Assembly (NCBI RefSeq): GCF_009914755.1
Contig: NC_060927.1
DNA length: 64,000 nucleotides
Source: the human T2T-CHM13v2.0 reference genome, Homo sapiens
Strand: one strand, 5' to 3'
Shown: piece by piece, positions 43,388 through 59,771 of the stretch
Numbering within the stretch: the first letter of the stretch is position 1
Layout: each line of letters starts with the position of its first letter
Notes under the pieces: model-generated
What the model was told of the DNA's origin: nothing
Databases searched by the model: none
The model's input: the letters and a program-made list of their open reading frames with translations, nothing else
Made by a program: the position numbers and the translations under genes

Positions 43388-43671
43388 TTTGAGACAGAGT
43401 CTCACTCTGTCACTCAAGCTGGAGTGCAGTGGCATGATCTCAGCTCACTGCAGCCTTTGCCTCCCGGATTCAAGCGATTCTCCTGCCTCAGTCTCCGAGA
43501 AGCTGGGATTACAGGCACCTGCCACCACGCCTGGCTAATTTTTGTATTTTTAGTAGAGATGGGGTTTCATCATGTTGGGCAGGCTGGTCTCAAACTCCTG
43601 ACCTCAGGTGATCTACCTGCCTTGGCCTCCCAAAGTGCTGGGATTACAGGCGTGAGCCACCGCACCCTGCC
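43388..43671 (-). mobile_element. AluSx-like
   Basis: full dimer. Confidence 0.95.
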
Positions 43672-44115
43672 AAATATTTTAAAGTACACAGATGTGCCCA
43701 AATCACCATGGAGAAACATCCTCCAAAGACTTTAAGATAGTTTAAATGGCTGTAATGATTCTAAATATCAAGTCATTTTTTCAGCTTCTCTTAGGACTTC
43801 CAAACATAGACTACCAAAAAAAATGGCATATAAAAAATAAGAATTCTAGTAGCATTCTTGCTTTGAATGAGTATTCTACTAGAAAACATGAAAAAGAATA
43901 TGAAATTTTTACAATAAGAGAAAAACAAAAGTTGGAAAAATATTTTATTCATTTATTTATATATGTTTAATAATGATCTCAGCCTCTTCAAACTAATTTA
44001 AAAAAGAACATTTATTCCATACCATGAGAAAATCATGCAAAATAAATATAAATAACATATTACCACAAAAAGGAAATGATATTATCATTCATGATTGCAT
44101 GCATATGTTTAGAAA

Positions 44116-44142
44116 CACACACACACACACACACACATACAC
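44116..44142. repeat. (CA)n microsatellite
   Basis: direct reading. Confidence 0.9.
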
Positions 44143-44589
44143 GTGTCACAAATCTATGCTGCAGCTGTAATCCTCAGTGATTTATGTAATGCCTCCTCTT
44201 TTCATATGCCATGACTAGTTTTTCCCTTTTCTTTTGGACTCCAAAGCCTATTCTGGCCAGAAAAAGGACCCCTTATTCTGGACTGTGGCACAAAAGTACA
44301 TCCAGGTAAAACATCAGTGAAAAAGAAGCAAGACCTTTATTTAAATCATGATGTTATTTTTGCTTAAGAGAACTACCTACACAAAAATCTCTAAATTTTA
44401 AAAGTCAGTACTTATATGTTGTATTATGAGGAAGACATGGAAAAAAATAACCTTTCACATGTTCACTACCAACATAAAACTGAGACGCAAGCACAGACCT
44501 GAAAGCAGCTCTCCAAGGTCTTCAAGTTCTGAGTATTATCTACTCTCAGGTGTTCATAGAAAATGGGCACTCGGATATAATGAAGCTGC

Positions 44590-44783
44590 CCCCGCCCCGG
44601 CCCCGAGAAGTCTATTATCCTTGTTATTCAAGCCTGGATTGAGAGATCCTGAACAGACATATTTTGTAATTGTTTCAAGGAACACTTTGCTTGTTAGGAT
44701 GAAGATATTCTTTTTAAACCTCTGAAATGGAAACCAGGTTTGAGGAAGTGGACAGGAAGTGAAACATAAAATGTATGCAAATA
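44590..44783 (+). promoter_or_regulatory. Candidate haematopoietic (B-cell/myeloid) enhancer or promoter module
   Basis: GC box 44590-44598; GAAATGGAAAC 44724-44734; GAGGAAGTG 44742-44750; GGAAGTGAAA 44755-44764; ATGCAAAT 44775-44782. Confidence 0.5.
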
Positions 44784-46154
44784 AAAAACTTCAAATACTC
44801 AAGAAAGATTTTGTAGTATTAGCATAACCAGCAAGTATGTTATAATCCTTTCCCAAGTCTCATTAGTTTTTTCATATTCCATATACAATATTGCCAAAAA
44901 TATGTTAATCTAAATGGAGAATATTTAGTTCCACTGAACTCATTGTTTGTAATTTACTACCATAGTGATTATACTAGTTATCCTATCATGCCAGATATAG
45001 AATTGTGTTCCTCTAAGTGAACTATATCTAATTACTTCAGCAAATTTTTAGAACTCGCTTATTTGTCTTTTGGAAAACAACCTACTAGGGAAAAATTTTA
45101 AAACTTCCTGACATTATCTATGTAATTTGCTGATGTCAGTTGTTCTAATGATGACTATTAGAGTCAAAATTGAAAATGACACATACCATTCAAAACAAAA
45201 TATTGTTTTTAACTGTAATTTTTAATCAACTCTAATTTATTGATGGATATTTGTGATCTTGGCCTAATTTTCATTAAATTTCAGAAGTCTGCATTGTAGC
45301 TATGATTTCACAATTGGCTAAAAAGCCTTTCCTCCTCTAAGTTTGGATTGTTGGACTCATACATTATGTATATATTTTAATGAGCCACATAGCCAAGGGA
45401 TGACACTTTAAATTGATGAGGGTTATATATTCACATGTAGAACAAATTAGTTTAGGGACAAATGAAGAATAGATGTGCAGTTGAGCTAACATGAACTGTT
45501 ACAATTATAGTGATTATTATAACTGCACTCGAATACTTTCCAGACATCAGCTATCATTTGTGTCTCTATCATAAAGACACAATTCTGTCTCTTCTAAAAA
45601 TATTATTTCATTATAGAAATATTGCTTATATAAAAATAGTTTAGATGCTGCCAGTATTTGCATGTTGAACCACTGTTTTCAAGAATTTAATATTCAGTAG
45701 CATAAAATTTGCTTTAAGGCATACCTAGGATTGCAGTTCAGCTCTAAAAGCTTTTGCTGTACTGTGTTCCAGAAACTTTGTTTTGAGAAAGATGATTGGA
45801 CATCTGACAGCTTCATTGATAGCTGACACAAATTGCTTTCTCATTGCCTTGTTATCATATTCCTGGAAGTGACTTGTGTATGACATGAGATCGAAAACAG
45901 AAAAAAAAAAAAAAAAGATTAAACCACTTTTTAGGTACAAAACAAATTTTTACAAGCCTTTAAGCCTTCAAATCAGAAAATGTTTCTTTCAAAACGTGAT
46001 GATTCTCTCTTACTGTTTATGAAATGTTGGAATATCATAGCTTACAGATTTTTGTGGAATGTATGATTTGCTTAAATAAAAATAATAGCCACAAGAGTAA
46101 AATGTTAATTGGTGTCCTATTGACAAATGGTTCAATTAAAAAAAAAAAAACTTT

Positions 46155-46457
<303 letters not shown>

Positions 46458-46658
46458 GCAAGAAAATCCTTAGTTTTAGAAGTAACAGGATTACTAAGTA
46501 TTACTTCACTAATTAGCTTTTCCAAAATACCAAAATATATAGGAATTATCAGCATAGTCAATTTTTCACAAACAAAATAAAAATTTAAGCCCTTTTGGCT
46601 ATTACTGTGACTTTTAAACTGTTTTTACTTTATTTTGAAATAATTTCAGGCTTCACAA

Positions 46659-46962
46659 TTTTTTTTTTTTTTTTTTTTTTTTAGACCATCTCACTCCTCT
46701 TGCCCAGGCTGGAGTTCAGTGGTCTGATAACTGCTCACTGCAGTCTTGACTCCTAGGCTAAGGCGATCCTCCCACCTCAGCCTCCTGAGTAACTAGGACT
46801 ATAGGCACATGCCACCACACCCGGCTAATTTTTTGTATTTTTAGTAGAGATGGTGTTTCTCCATGTTGCCCAGGCTGATCTCAAACTCCTGGACACAAAC
46901 TATCCACCCACCTCTGCCTCCCTAATTGCTGGGATTAAAGACATGAGCCACCACACCCAGCC
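46659..46962 (-). mobile_element. AluJ
   Basis: poly(T) followed by a J-type dimer. Confidence 0.92.
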
Positions 46963-47234
46963 TAGACTTACAAAAATTTTTCCAAAAGAAAACAGTATCC
47001 ACAGCTTTTGTATTGCCCTTTGCCCACGCTCCCTTAATGTTTACCTAATTACTTAAGATTACGATGATACAATACTGTTAACAAACCTACAGACCTAATT
47101 TTTGTCAATTGTCTTGCTAATACATGTTTTCTGTTCCTGGATCCATCCAGTATCTATTGCATTTAGATCTCATGTCTTCTAATCTGGGACAGTTCCTCAG
47201 TTTTTCTTTGTCTTTTGCTTTTGGAGTACTGATG

Positions 47235-47697
47235 GTGTTTGTTCATTCAGGCTACTATCACAGAATACAATAGACTGGGTAGCTATGTATGTAAACAACA
47301 AACATTTATTTCTCATAGTTTAGAGGCTGAGAAGTCCAAGATCAAGGTGCCAGCAGATTGGGTGTCTGCTGACTACCACTTTCAGATTCACAGATGGTGC
47401 CTTCTAGCTGTGTTCTGCCATAGTGAAAGTGTAAAACAGCTCTCTGAGGCCTCTTTTATAAGGGCACTGATCCCACTTCATGGATCATAGGTGACCATAT
47501 TTTGCCTGTGTCTTCACCTGGTAGAAAAGGGAGAAGGAGCTCTCTGGGGTCTTTTTTAATATGAGCACTAATCCCATTCATGAAGACTCTCTGCTCTCAA
47601 GACCTCATCACCCCACAAAGGTCCTTCTTCCAAATACCATCACATTGGCGATTAGGTTTCAACATAAGAATTTAGGTGGGGAGGGGACACAAACATA
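47235..47697 (-). mobile_element. MaLR LTR (MSTD/MLT1A-like) with internal duplication
   Basis: catttatttctcatagt...gtccaagatcaaggtgccagcagatt...ggtttcaacataagaattt. Confidence 0.85.
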
Positions 47698-48416
47698 AGT
47701 GGCCAATTCTTTTGTTGAAGATTTCTCAATTTGAATTGGTCTGAAATTCTCTCATGAAGAGACTGGGGTAATGCATTATTAGCAAGAATACCACAAAAGT
47801 GATTTTGTGTCCTTCTTATGTGTACTATTAAGATGCATATTATGTTCACATGGAAAGAAAGAAAAAAGTAGAAACTATAGACATGAAAAACATTAAGTAG
47901 CTTTATGGTTTCATTAAAAAAAAAATAGATGTATTTGCCAGGACAGAGATCAAAGCTTGGGGATTCATAGATAGATATGTAGTAGCTTTCCAATAATGTG
48001 AAGATCTATATCAAAAAAGGTAATTCTTCATATGTCTCCTCTAATCATGGTTTATTTATTGTATATAAAATATCCAGATTGCCTCCAATGACTTACAAAC
48101 TTTGAAAGATGTTAATTCCAAGTGAAATTGAAAATAATTTTAAATGTGTAAAGATTTTGTATGCAGCAACTTCAAGGCAGTAAATGAAAATGTAAGGGTG
48201 GACAGCGTTGCTCCTCCAAGTCACGGAAGGTGTGACCTGAAGGATTTATGAGGTATTAAAAGCAAGGACTGATAAATTAATTATTTGTGGGAGCCAACAC
48301 ATTACAATTACCACTAACATGTTAACCTTAGTAGGGTTTCTTTATAAATACACATGTCTACTATATATAAATGTTTCCAGATATGTAATTGGGATCATTC
48401 TTATAACACTGATTGA

Positions 48417-48800
<384 letters not shown>

Positions 48801-49643
48801 TTAACTCAATTTTACTTTATTACATTCTGCCTTTAACCTTAGTTCCTTTTTTTAATTGAAACACCTAGTTAAATATATACATTCTTATGAAGACATTTGT
48901 TTCTGAACTGGTTGTTGGAAACATTATTCCTAGAAAATTACTTAGGATGTCACAGAGTATTAAAATGAAGACTAGCGTCTAAATTAACTAGCACATTTTA
49001 TGTAGTGTTCATTGATTCTACAAACTGGTACTCATTATTGACCTACCTACCCCTCCTTATCCTCAACCTACTCACATTAATTGAGTCTCCATTTTCTTGC
49101 TTGTACTTAGTAAACACCACAAGTGAAGGTGGGGTGAGAGATGAGCTACTTTTGTCACGTTTGATCTTTGTAACAAAGTAAAACTTAGTGGCATCTAAAT
49201 TATATGGCTGTCCATAGAAGGGCTAGGTCATTTTACCATTATATAATTATAAATATCTGATTCAAATGTCTACCTTACATGTGCCAGATCTGTGGCACGC
49301 TATGCTACCTTTTAAATGTTATGAGAAAAGCTTTGCAAAATAGAGAAATAACTTCCAGGGTTTTTGTTTTTTTAATCTGATGCCATAAAAATTTACTGGA
49401 ATAATATCAAGATGTATCCTTCTAGTTATTTACCCATGTATTTTTATCACAGCTATAATCAGAGTCTATTATGATTTTGTATTTTGTTATTTGTTTTCAC
49501 TTAAGTATATTCTTTTTCTTATGTAATTTATTAGTCTGATTAGAAAAACAATGCATGCATCTTAAAATAAAGAAAAGCCAATAAAATAAAATAGTAATCT
49601 ATAATCACATCTGCCAAAGAAAACTATCTTTGCATATGTGATG

Positions 49644-49693
49644 TTGGGTCAGTGCAAAAATAATTGTGCTTTTTGGCCATTTGCACCAATTTA
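49644..49693. mobile_element. MADE1 (mariner MITE) remnant, internally deleted
   Basis: gtgcaaaaataattgtgctttttggccat resembles one TIR, joined to ttgcaccaattta, the tip of the other TIR. Confidence 0.7.
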
Positions 49694-50130
49694 CATCAAA
49701 CTGAATATAAAACTCTGCATTTTAACCTAAGCATTTTTAGACATTGTTTCAATCAATGCATATCTATGTAATAAATTTGGAATATTCAACTTTGTGGATG
49801 TAATAGTATTTATTTATACTGAATTCCGTTCTTCAAAGTTATGCATAAAGCTGGATGGCCATCATTGTACACACAGTGTTACCGTACCCTCTACCTACCC
49901 ATACATATTCGGGAATATTCACTTAGAACCGTATCTTGTTCTGTTTGGAATATTAACAAATCCAAACTAGGATTCAAGTAAAACACCAGCATGGCACTGG
50001 GTGCAGTTAGGTAAGAATACTGGAAATATCATGGAACTCATAGGTGGGAATTACGGACGGGCCTCAGAGAACAAGCACCTGGCAACTAGTCAGTAATCAA
50101 GAAAACATTTCTTTCTATAAGGCTGGATTC

Positions 50131-50423
<293 letters not shown>

Positions 50424-50705
50424 TTACTCCTACACTGGCCTGCTTCCCTCTTTATCTGATTCCTCTACTTGTTATTTTAGGGTAGAGCCCTACAAAACCC
50501 ACCAACCTACTTTCTGCTTCTCTCTGGTGATCTGCTCTCTCTCTCTCTCCGAGCTTTTCCAATTCTAGAAATTGATAGAAGGCCAGCTCATAGTGAGACC
50601 ACATGTACCACAGGCGGCTAGCCAGCTGCTCCTCTGGGTCTTGTTCAGAAAGGTTGGATCTATGGAGCTCAATCAGTGGTCATCTCTGCACAAAAAAGCA
50701 GCCCC

Positions 50706-51201
<496 letters not shown>

Positions 51202-51513
51202 TTAGCATTAATAAGGTTTCAAAATATGTTTACTTTTCCACTCACTTTTCTTGAGGTTATTTAGCTATTTCTTGATAAATCTTCATGGTAACATATGTGA
51301 AAGCAGGCATGTTTATTCTCTGATTTGGTAGAATAAATTATCAAAATTCTGATTTTTAACATTGGTAAAACTGCTGATGAGTGAAACATTCTGATAAATG
51401 AAGACTTAATACCAGTGATGAGCTATAAGATTTCCTTCTTGTGAAATTTTCTTTTTCCTTCCAAAATTTAAAGGCTTGTGAACAAAAAGCAGAGGTTTAA
51501 ATCCCCTCTTCTA

Positions 51514-51812
51514 AGCCAGGCGCAGTGGCTCACACCTGTAATCCCAGCACTTTGGGAGGCTGAGGTGGGGGTCAGAAGTTCGAGACCAGCCTGGACAACA
51601 TGGTGAAACCTCATCTCTATTAAAAGAATGTACAAATTATTAGCCAGGCGTGGTGATGCATGCCTGTAATCTCAGCTTCTTGGGGAGCTGAGGCAAGAGA
51701 ATTACTTGAACCCAGGAGACGGAGGTTGCAGTGAGCTGAGATTTTGCTGCTGCACTCAAGCCTGGGCCACGGAGCAAGATTCTATCTAAAAAAATAAGTA
51801 AATCAATCAATC
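51514..51812 (+). mobile_element. AluS-type with left-arm deletion
   Basis: TSD AATCCCCTCTTCT at 51500-51512 and 51813-51825. Confidence 0.93.
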
Positions 51813-51946
51813 AATCCCCTCTTCTCTTACCTTTATGCACCACAACTAGTTCTGCTAGTTCTGCAGTCCACTGAATCTGTTACTAGAACTATCTTTTAAC
51901 CTTGTGTAAATTTCTGGATTGCTTTGTGTATCACTATTTAATTTGA

Positions 51947-52281
<335 letters not shown>

Positions 52282-52539
52282 GCAACAGGATATTTTTAAG
52301 CTGCCAAATATTAGAACTATAGACTTTTAAGTGTTTTTGATTTAGCACAATGTAGGATTGAATGGATTTTATCATGCAAATCTCATTGTTATTCTCAAAT
52401 ATTTTTACACTAGGGCCAACAAGGAATTGGCCAATAGCTACTTTCGTTCTCGATACAACAAAAAATCCATTTATCTGCCTGTTTCATTGAAATTACTGGA
52501 TGTTTTACCAAAAGTGCTTTTTAAAATTGTATTCATTTT

Positions 52540-53850
52540 AAAATGCCCTTTCCTTGTCTTTCACGCTGACTCTAATTCGTCCCCAGATTACCACAATAGG
52601 CATCCATCGGCAGAGTTCCATCATCTCTGATTTGAAAGAGGTTTGAATGCCCTCAGTAACATTCCTGCAAAATAGTCCTTGATCTTACAACTGATCTCAC
52701 TAACTCAATTCTGCTTCCTTTTGTACACTCTCCATTCCAACGGCTTTATTGCACAATGTATACATTTATCAAAACATCCCATTGTATCACATAAGTATGT
52801 ACAATTATTGTGTGCCAATCCTAAATTTAAAAAGAAATTCATCTGCAGGCTGATGATATCAAAGTTTTCAGCTTTCATCTAAACTTTTTCTGAGTTTCAG
52901 GTCTGTATATCTAACTGCTTGCTTGACTTTGGCATTTGAATTTTTCAAAGCCGCCTCAAATGTAACGTATTTAAATTGAAGCCTTGATATTCCTGCCAAA
53001 TATTTTCCACCTTTAACCTTTAGTCTGTTACTTCTCAGCAAATGATAACTTCACCCATTCTTTCCCCCAAAGTCTAAAGCTTAGGAGTTATCTTCAAAAC
53101 ATCCCTCACCACCATCACTAAATCCTGTCAATTCACCCTCAAACTAGGTTTCAAATGATTGCATTTTTTTTGATGGATTCTTTCATCTCCTTATTTCAAG
53201 ACAACCTTCCTTTCACTTGAATTACTCCAGTAGCTGTTTACTTGGCTTCCTTGCTTCTGTGCTTGTCCACTTGTAATATTTTATTTTCACAACTAATAAA
53301 GGGGGAATTTTAAATATAAATTTGTTAATTCATCACTGCATTTTAAATCATTTCAAATGTTTTATTATTATTATATATTAAATGTTTAGAGTATACCCCA
53401 CTATAATACAAATTCTTCACCTAGACTCACAAGGTCCTTCACCCTCTGACCCTTGCCTTCCTCTCTAGGACAATATTTTGCAACTTTCTCCCTACCTCTC
53501 AAGGCTTCAGCTACACTAGTCTTCATTCTGCCAAATTATTTTAAAACTGAGTCATCGTGCATGTTGATGCATGATGTACAATTATTACGTACCAATCATC
53601 GGAAGGCTCCATGTCTTATGCAGCTAACTTTTGAATTGTGTTACAGTCTGTGTAGTAGATACAATAATGCCTTATACCCAGTAACTTTCCCTTTCAAAAC
53701 ACTTATCTCTTTGGGATGATTGTGTCTCTCTCCCTCACTTGTCTGCAATTTTTAGGAGAATGTCGCTAGAGCACCAGAACTTGATCACTGCTGTGGTTAC
53801 CGGAACATAATCCAAGGCCTGATGCATAGTAATTTCCTAGTAAATTTACT
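52540..53850 (+). mobile_element. L2 fragments with a nested short L1MA 3' end (about 52750-52835)
   Basis: tatatctaactgcttgcttgac, cacaaggtccttc (L2); tgtatacatttatcaaaacatc...gtacaattattg (L1MA). Confidence 0.65.
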
Positions 53851-54654
53851 TTGACTGACCAGAGAAACTTAAAAATTCATGTTTTTAAGTTGGAGAATAA
53901 GATCGTATCTGATTAAGAAAGTGAATTCTCTTAGCCTATAAACCACAAGTGATTAGTAAATAAGTATTAAATGAATGATACTTAAAATTATATAAAAGAA
54001 ACAGTGTGACTTACCTATAATAAATGTTAAAGTCTTCCAGAAAGATCCTGCTACCTGTTTTATTTCCAAAAGTTACAGCAAGTATTGTGATATGAAATTC
54101 ATATATGTGAAGAATTTCTTAGATTATTATATAGAAAATGTATAGTTACTTAGAAATGGGAGATTTAAACTGTTCAGTAGTTTGTACTTTAAACTTCCTC
54201 CTGTTGAAACTCACTGATTTGTTTTCCTTTTCATCTTTCAATCCAGCAGCTCCAACTTTGACATTTTTATCACCCCAGTGGAATGCCTGGTTTTCATTTG
54301 CAAAGCACACCTCACTTTTACAAGTGAAGCATCATGGACTAAGTAGAACATGCGAATCTAACAACCAGCCTCCTTTATTGTTTTGACTCCGTATTTCCAT
54401 AGACCTGGTTTTCTCTTAAAATAAATTGTGTTGTGTAAGTAAAGCCTGTCTGCTGAACTTGCTTATAATTTTTTGCTTGGGAAGCACCACTGATGTTTGA
54501 AGAGTGTTGGCCTCACTTATCAACATGCTGATGACAGCTGCTCGTGGAAAAGCAGAAGCTCATATATGCCTGGGGATGCTTTTCTACACTCTTAGGTTGG
54601 CTATATACACTCATATCCTTGACTGTAGGGAAAAGGCAGAATGGAAACCTCTCA

Positions 54655-54838
54655 TTGTAGCCTAGAGAAAGTGCTGGTCTCAGGAAGACCGGAAGTCTAA
54701 TTTTAATTCTGATTCCAACTACTATTGCCTCTTTGACATTGAACACTTCACTGATTTCTCCATTTCAGTTCCCTTAACTGTAAAATATGGGGTTGGTCTG
54801 GGTGGACTCCAGATCTCTTTCAACTCTCACTTTCTATT
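54655..54838 (+). mobile_element. MIR (MIR3/MIRb-like)
   Basis: tttcagttcccttaactgtaaaatatggggttgg...agatctctttcaactct. Confidence 0.7.
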
Positions 54839-55183
54839 ACTCTAATTTTCCAACTCCTAACTGAAAAAAACAATAATATTATTGAATACTATGTTATACT
54901 TTATTAACTTATGTTGAGCACCAAACTGTGGCTAGAGGTCATACTCCTGTTCATTTAGACTTGTAAGATTTATGCGTTTATTATTATTATTTTAACCTAT
55001 CAAAAATATTGTGTAGAGAAATAGACTTTAGAACAATGTTTCTCCTCCAATGTTCACCTAACGTCATGTGAGTACTTCAGCTAAGTATGGAGAGGTAGGA
55101 AATTTATTTTAATATGTTCATCACAAAATAAGTTCTCAAATTAACTTTTCCATTTCTTCAGTGGGTTGACTTTGAGTTGGTCC

Positions 55184-55257
55184 TTTCTAGGAAATCAGTA
55201 TCATTGCTTGTTGAAAGAGCTACCTCAGAGGACTGGCATTTGCGCTGGGGAATTCCC
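55184..55257. promoter_or_regulatory. Candidate cytokine/NF-kB-responsive element
   Basis: TTCTAGGAA (GAS/STAT5; reverse TTCCTAGAA is the BCL6 core) 55185-55193; GGGGAATTCCC 55247-55257. Confidence 0.35.
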
Positions 55258-55794
55258 TTCCATGAGCCTCTGACCCCCTTTATCTTGAGTTGTTACATAC
55301 CACTCGTTGCTATCTGTTAGTAGTTGTGTCCCCAGACCTGGCTAGAAAAATTAAAAAGAAACAAAACTCTTCTTGTTTATTATTAAGGTTGCCATTCACC
55401 TATAATTGTTCTTCTGGTATTTCAGCCTGCCTTTAATGATCTCAAACTTCCCAGAGTGAACTTTTGAATTAGTTCTTTGAAGAAGGCAGAAAAATACATG
55501 TTTCTGTAAAACATATTGGAAAGAACCACTTAATACGATTGCTTCTTTGTAAATGAAGTTAATTACCAAACTAGAAAATAGTGACTATATTTTATAAGTG
55601 GATTTTGCACAACAAATTTTGTTAACCAAAACACGTATTCATAGTTAAGTATAGTCCTATTACCAGAAGGAAAAACAGAAAAGCCACTGTTTGTATCAGT
55701 ACTTTTTTTTTCTACTGGTTCCTTGAAAAGTCATAGTTGTTTAACCAAGGTTTAGGTTAGTTTTCTTTCTTTCGCCATTACAATACACTTTGTC

Positions 55795-55970
55795 TTACTG
55801 TGTGCCAAATATTGTTTGGTGATAGATATACTGTGTCATTTACTCTTCAGAGGAATCTGGAGAACAGGAAAGTATAACCTCTAATTTACAAATGAGGAGG
55901 AAACGGAAGCTATGGTAATGTGACTAATAAATTATACAATGATTCAAGCTGGGCTTATTTATCTAATTCA
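55795..55970 (-). mobile_element. MIR fragment
   Basis: cttactgtgtgcca...atttacaaatgaggaggaaacggaagct. Confidence 0.6.
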
Positions 55971-56797
55971 AAGTTGTTTATTTTTCTCTTTAAAATGTAG
56001 CTTGGACTAATTAAATAGAAACTTTGGTAAATTTATAGAAAGTTAAAATAGTTATGTTTAAACACTTAGTCTTAAAGTTTCAATACATCAACAATTTAAC
56101 TGTTAAAGACTTTTTCCAATTAAAAGGTCTGTTTATGTTAAACTCCCAATTGTATTATTGTGAATAATAACTTCTACAATGAGTCATTGAAAAAAACAAC
56201 ACTTTTTAAAATATTTTGTATACATACTACAATCCTATACTGGCAAGTTATCACAAATTTTTCAAGTCCAAATAAAAAAGATTACACTCAAAACAAAATT
56301 AAATAACACATTGTATTTATTTTAATCAACAAGGAGAAATATTTGGTATTTCAAAAATAAACTGTTCTCAAACCTTTCACTCCACACTACCCAGAATAAA
56401 TAAAACACAATTTTCTTGGCTTTACAAAAAAAAATTGAAATTGCAGTTTTATAAATCCACAGGTATTGTAATTCTGAGTTAAATCCTGGAAAATTGTAGC
56501 CATCAATTGAAAACATGTTATGTTTTAAGAAACTGAAACAGGAAAGGGAAAATATAAAATTCAGTTACATAGTTGTTTTTGTTATTTTCTTCCCTACATT
56601 GCTTTCAAAACTAGCAAATAGGATATTCTTAGGGCAACATGAAATTGGAGCTAATGATCTTAATATTTTTGAATGGCCATGCATAAAGCTTAGACAGTTA
56701 TATAAAAGGAGAGATTATCTTCTAATGGTTGACTATGTATAGCAAATTCCTGAAATTAGAATTATCAGAATTGTAACAGCTGATATGCACATTGTAA

Positions 56798-57156
<359 letters not shown>

Positions 57157-57469
57157 GCTTTTAACAGCAGAATATGGTAGAAGAGATGATAGAAATGGCA
57201 GAAGCGCCAGTTTAGGGTCCTAGGTCCTAAGAAATCAGAAGTATTTTGCGCATAATAAGCATTTAATGAATGTTAATTATTAATTTTATTATTGATGTCG
57301 CTCTCACTATAACATGAAAAAAGAAACAAACATCCAACTTGCCAGCTCTTTAATTCTTCTTAGGAAATCAGAGTTGGAGCCTAGGGCATTCCACTAAAAT
57401 TTAGGGCATTTGTTAGGATATGAATAAATGCTTGGATGATTGACTTTCTTACTTCTGTTGATTTATAGT

Positions 57470-59060
<1,591 letters not shown>

Positions 59061-59502
59061 TTGAAAACATATTCTTATCACTCAAAATCACAATATGCTA
59101 AACATTTCCACTTCTTTTACGTGTACATTCATGTACTTAACTCGTTTTCCACAAATTAGGGGAAAATGAGGTTTACATTAGAATAATAGTCCCAGAAATA
59201 GTATCTATAAAAAATAAATATTATAATATATTTAACCCATCTATTTAGTACTTTAATTCTTTCTATAAAAAAACATTCAAACCAAATAAGATACCTCTAG
59301 AGGCCAGAATGTTATTTTTTTCTAAAAGAATTTCATTCTTTTTCAGAATAGTCTTGTTGGAACAAAGGTTTTCCTTTACATTGCAGCAAAATCTGTACTT
59401 CATTCTTCCTTGATTTACTATCTAGTGAAATTTAGAATAAAATATAAATGTTTCAGTACATGTCATCATTTAAAATTATTTAAGAGATTTTTCCTCCAAC
59501 AC

Positions 59503-59771
59503 GTTTTTTCTTAGTTAACAATTTCAAATGCCTGCAATCGATGACATATGACTGTTTTTTTCTTAGTTAACAATTTCAAATTCCTGCAATCGATGACATG
59601 TGACTGGTTTTTTCTTAGTTAACAATTTCAAATTCTTGCAATCGATGACATGTGACTGGTTTTTTCTTAGTTAACAATTTCAAATTCCTGCAATCGATGA
59701 CATGGGACTGGTTTTTTTCTTAGTTAACAATTTCAAATTCCTGCAATCGATGACATGTGACTGGTTTTTTT
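59503..59771. repeat. Minisatellite, 5 x 52-53 bp
   Basis: consensus TTTTTTCTTAGTTAACAATTTCAAATTCCTGCAATCGATGACATGTGACTGG. Confidence 0.97.

Larger units (their letters stand above)
46620..47850 (-). mobile_element. L1MC-type 3' end interrupted by an AluJ and a MaLR LTR
   Basis: tttattttgaaataatttcag...attgcatttagatctcatgtc...gcaagaataccacaaaagtgat. Confidence 0.75.
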
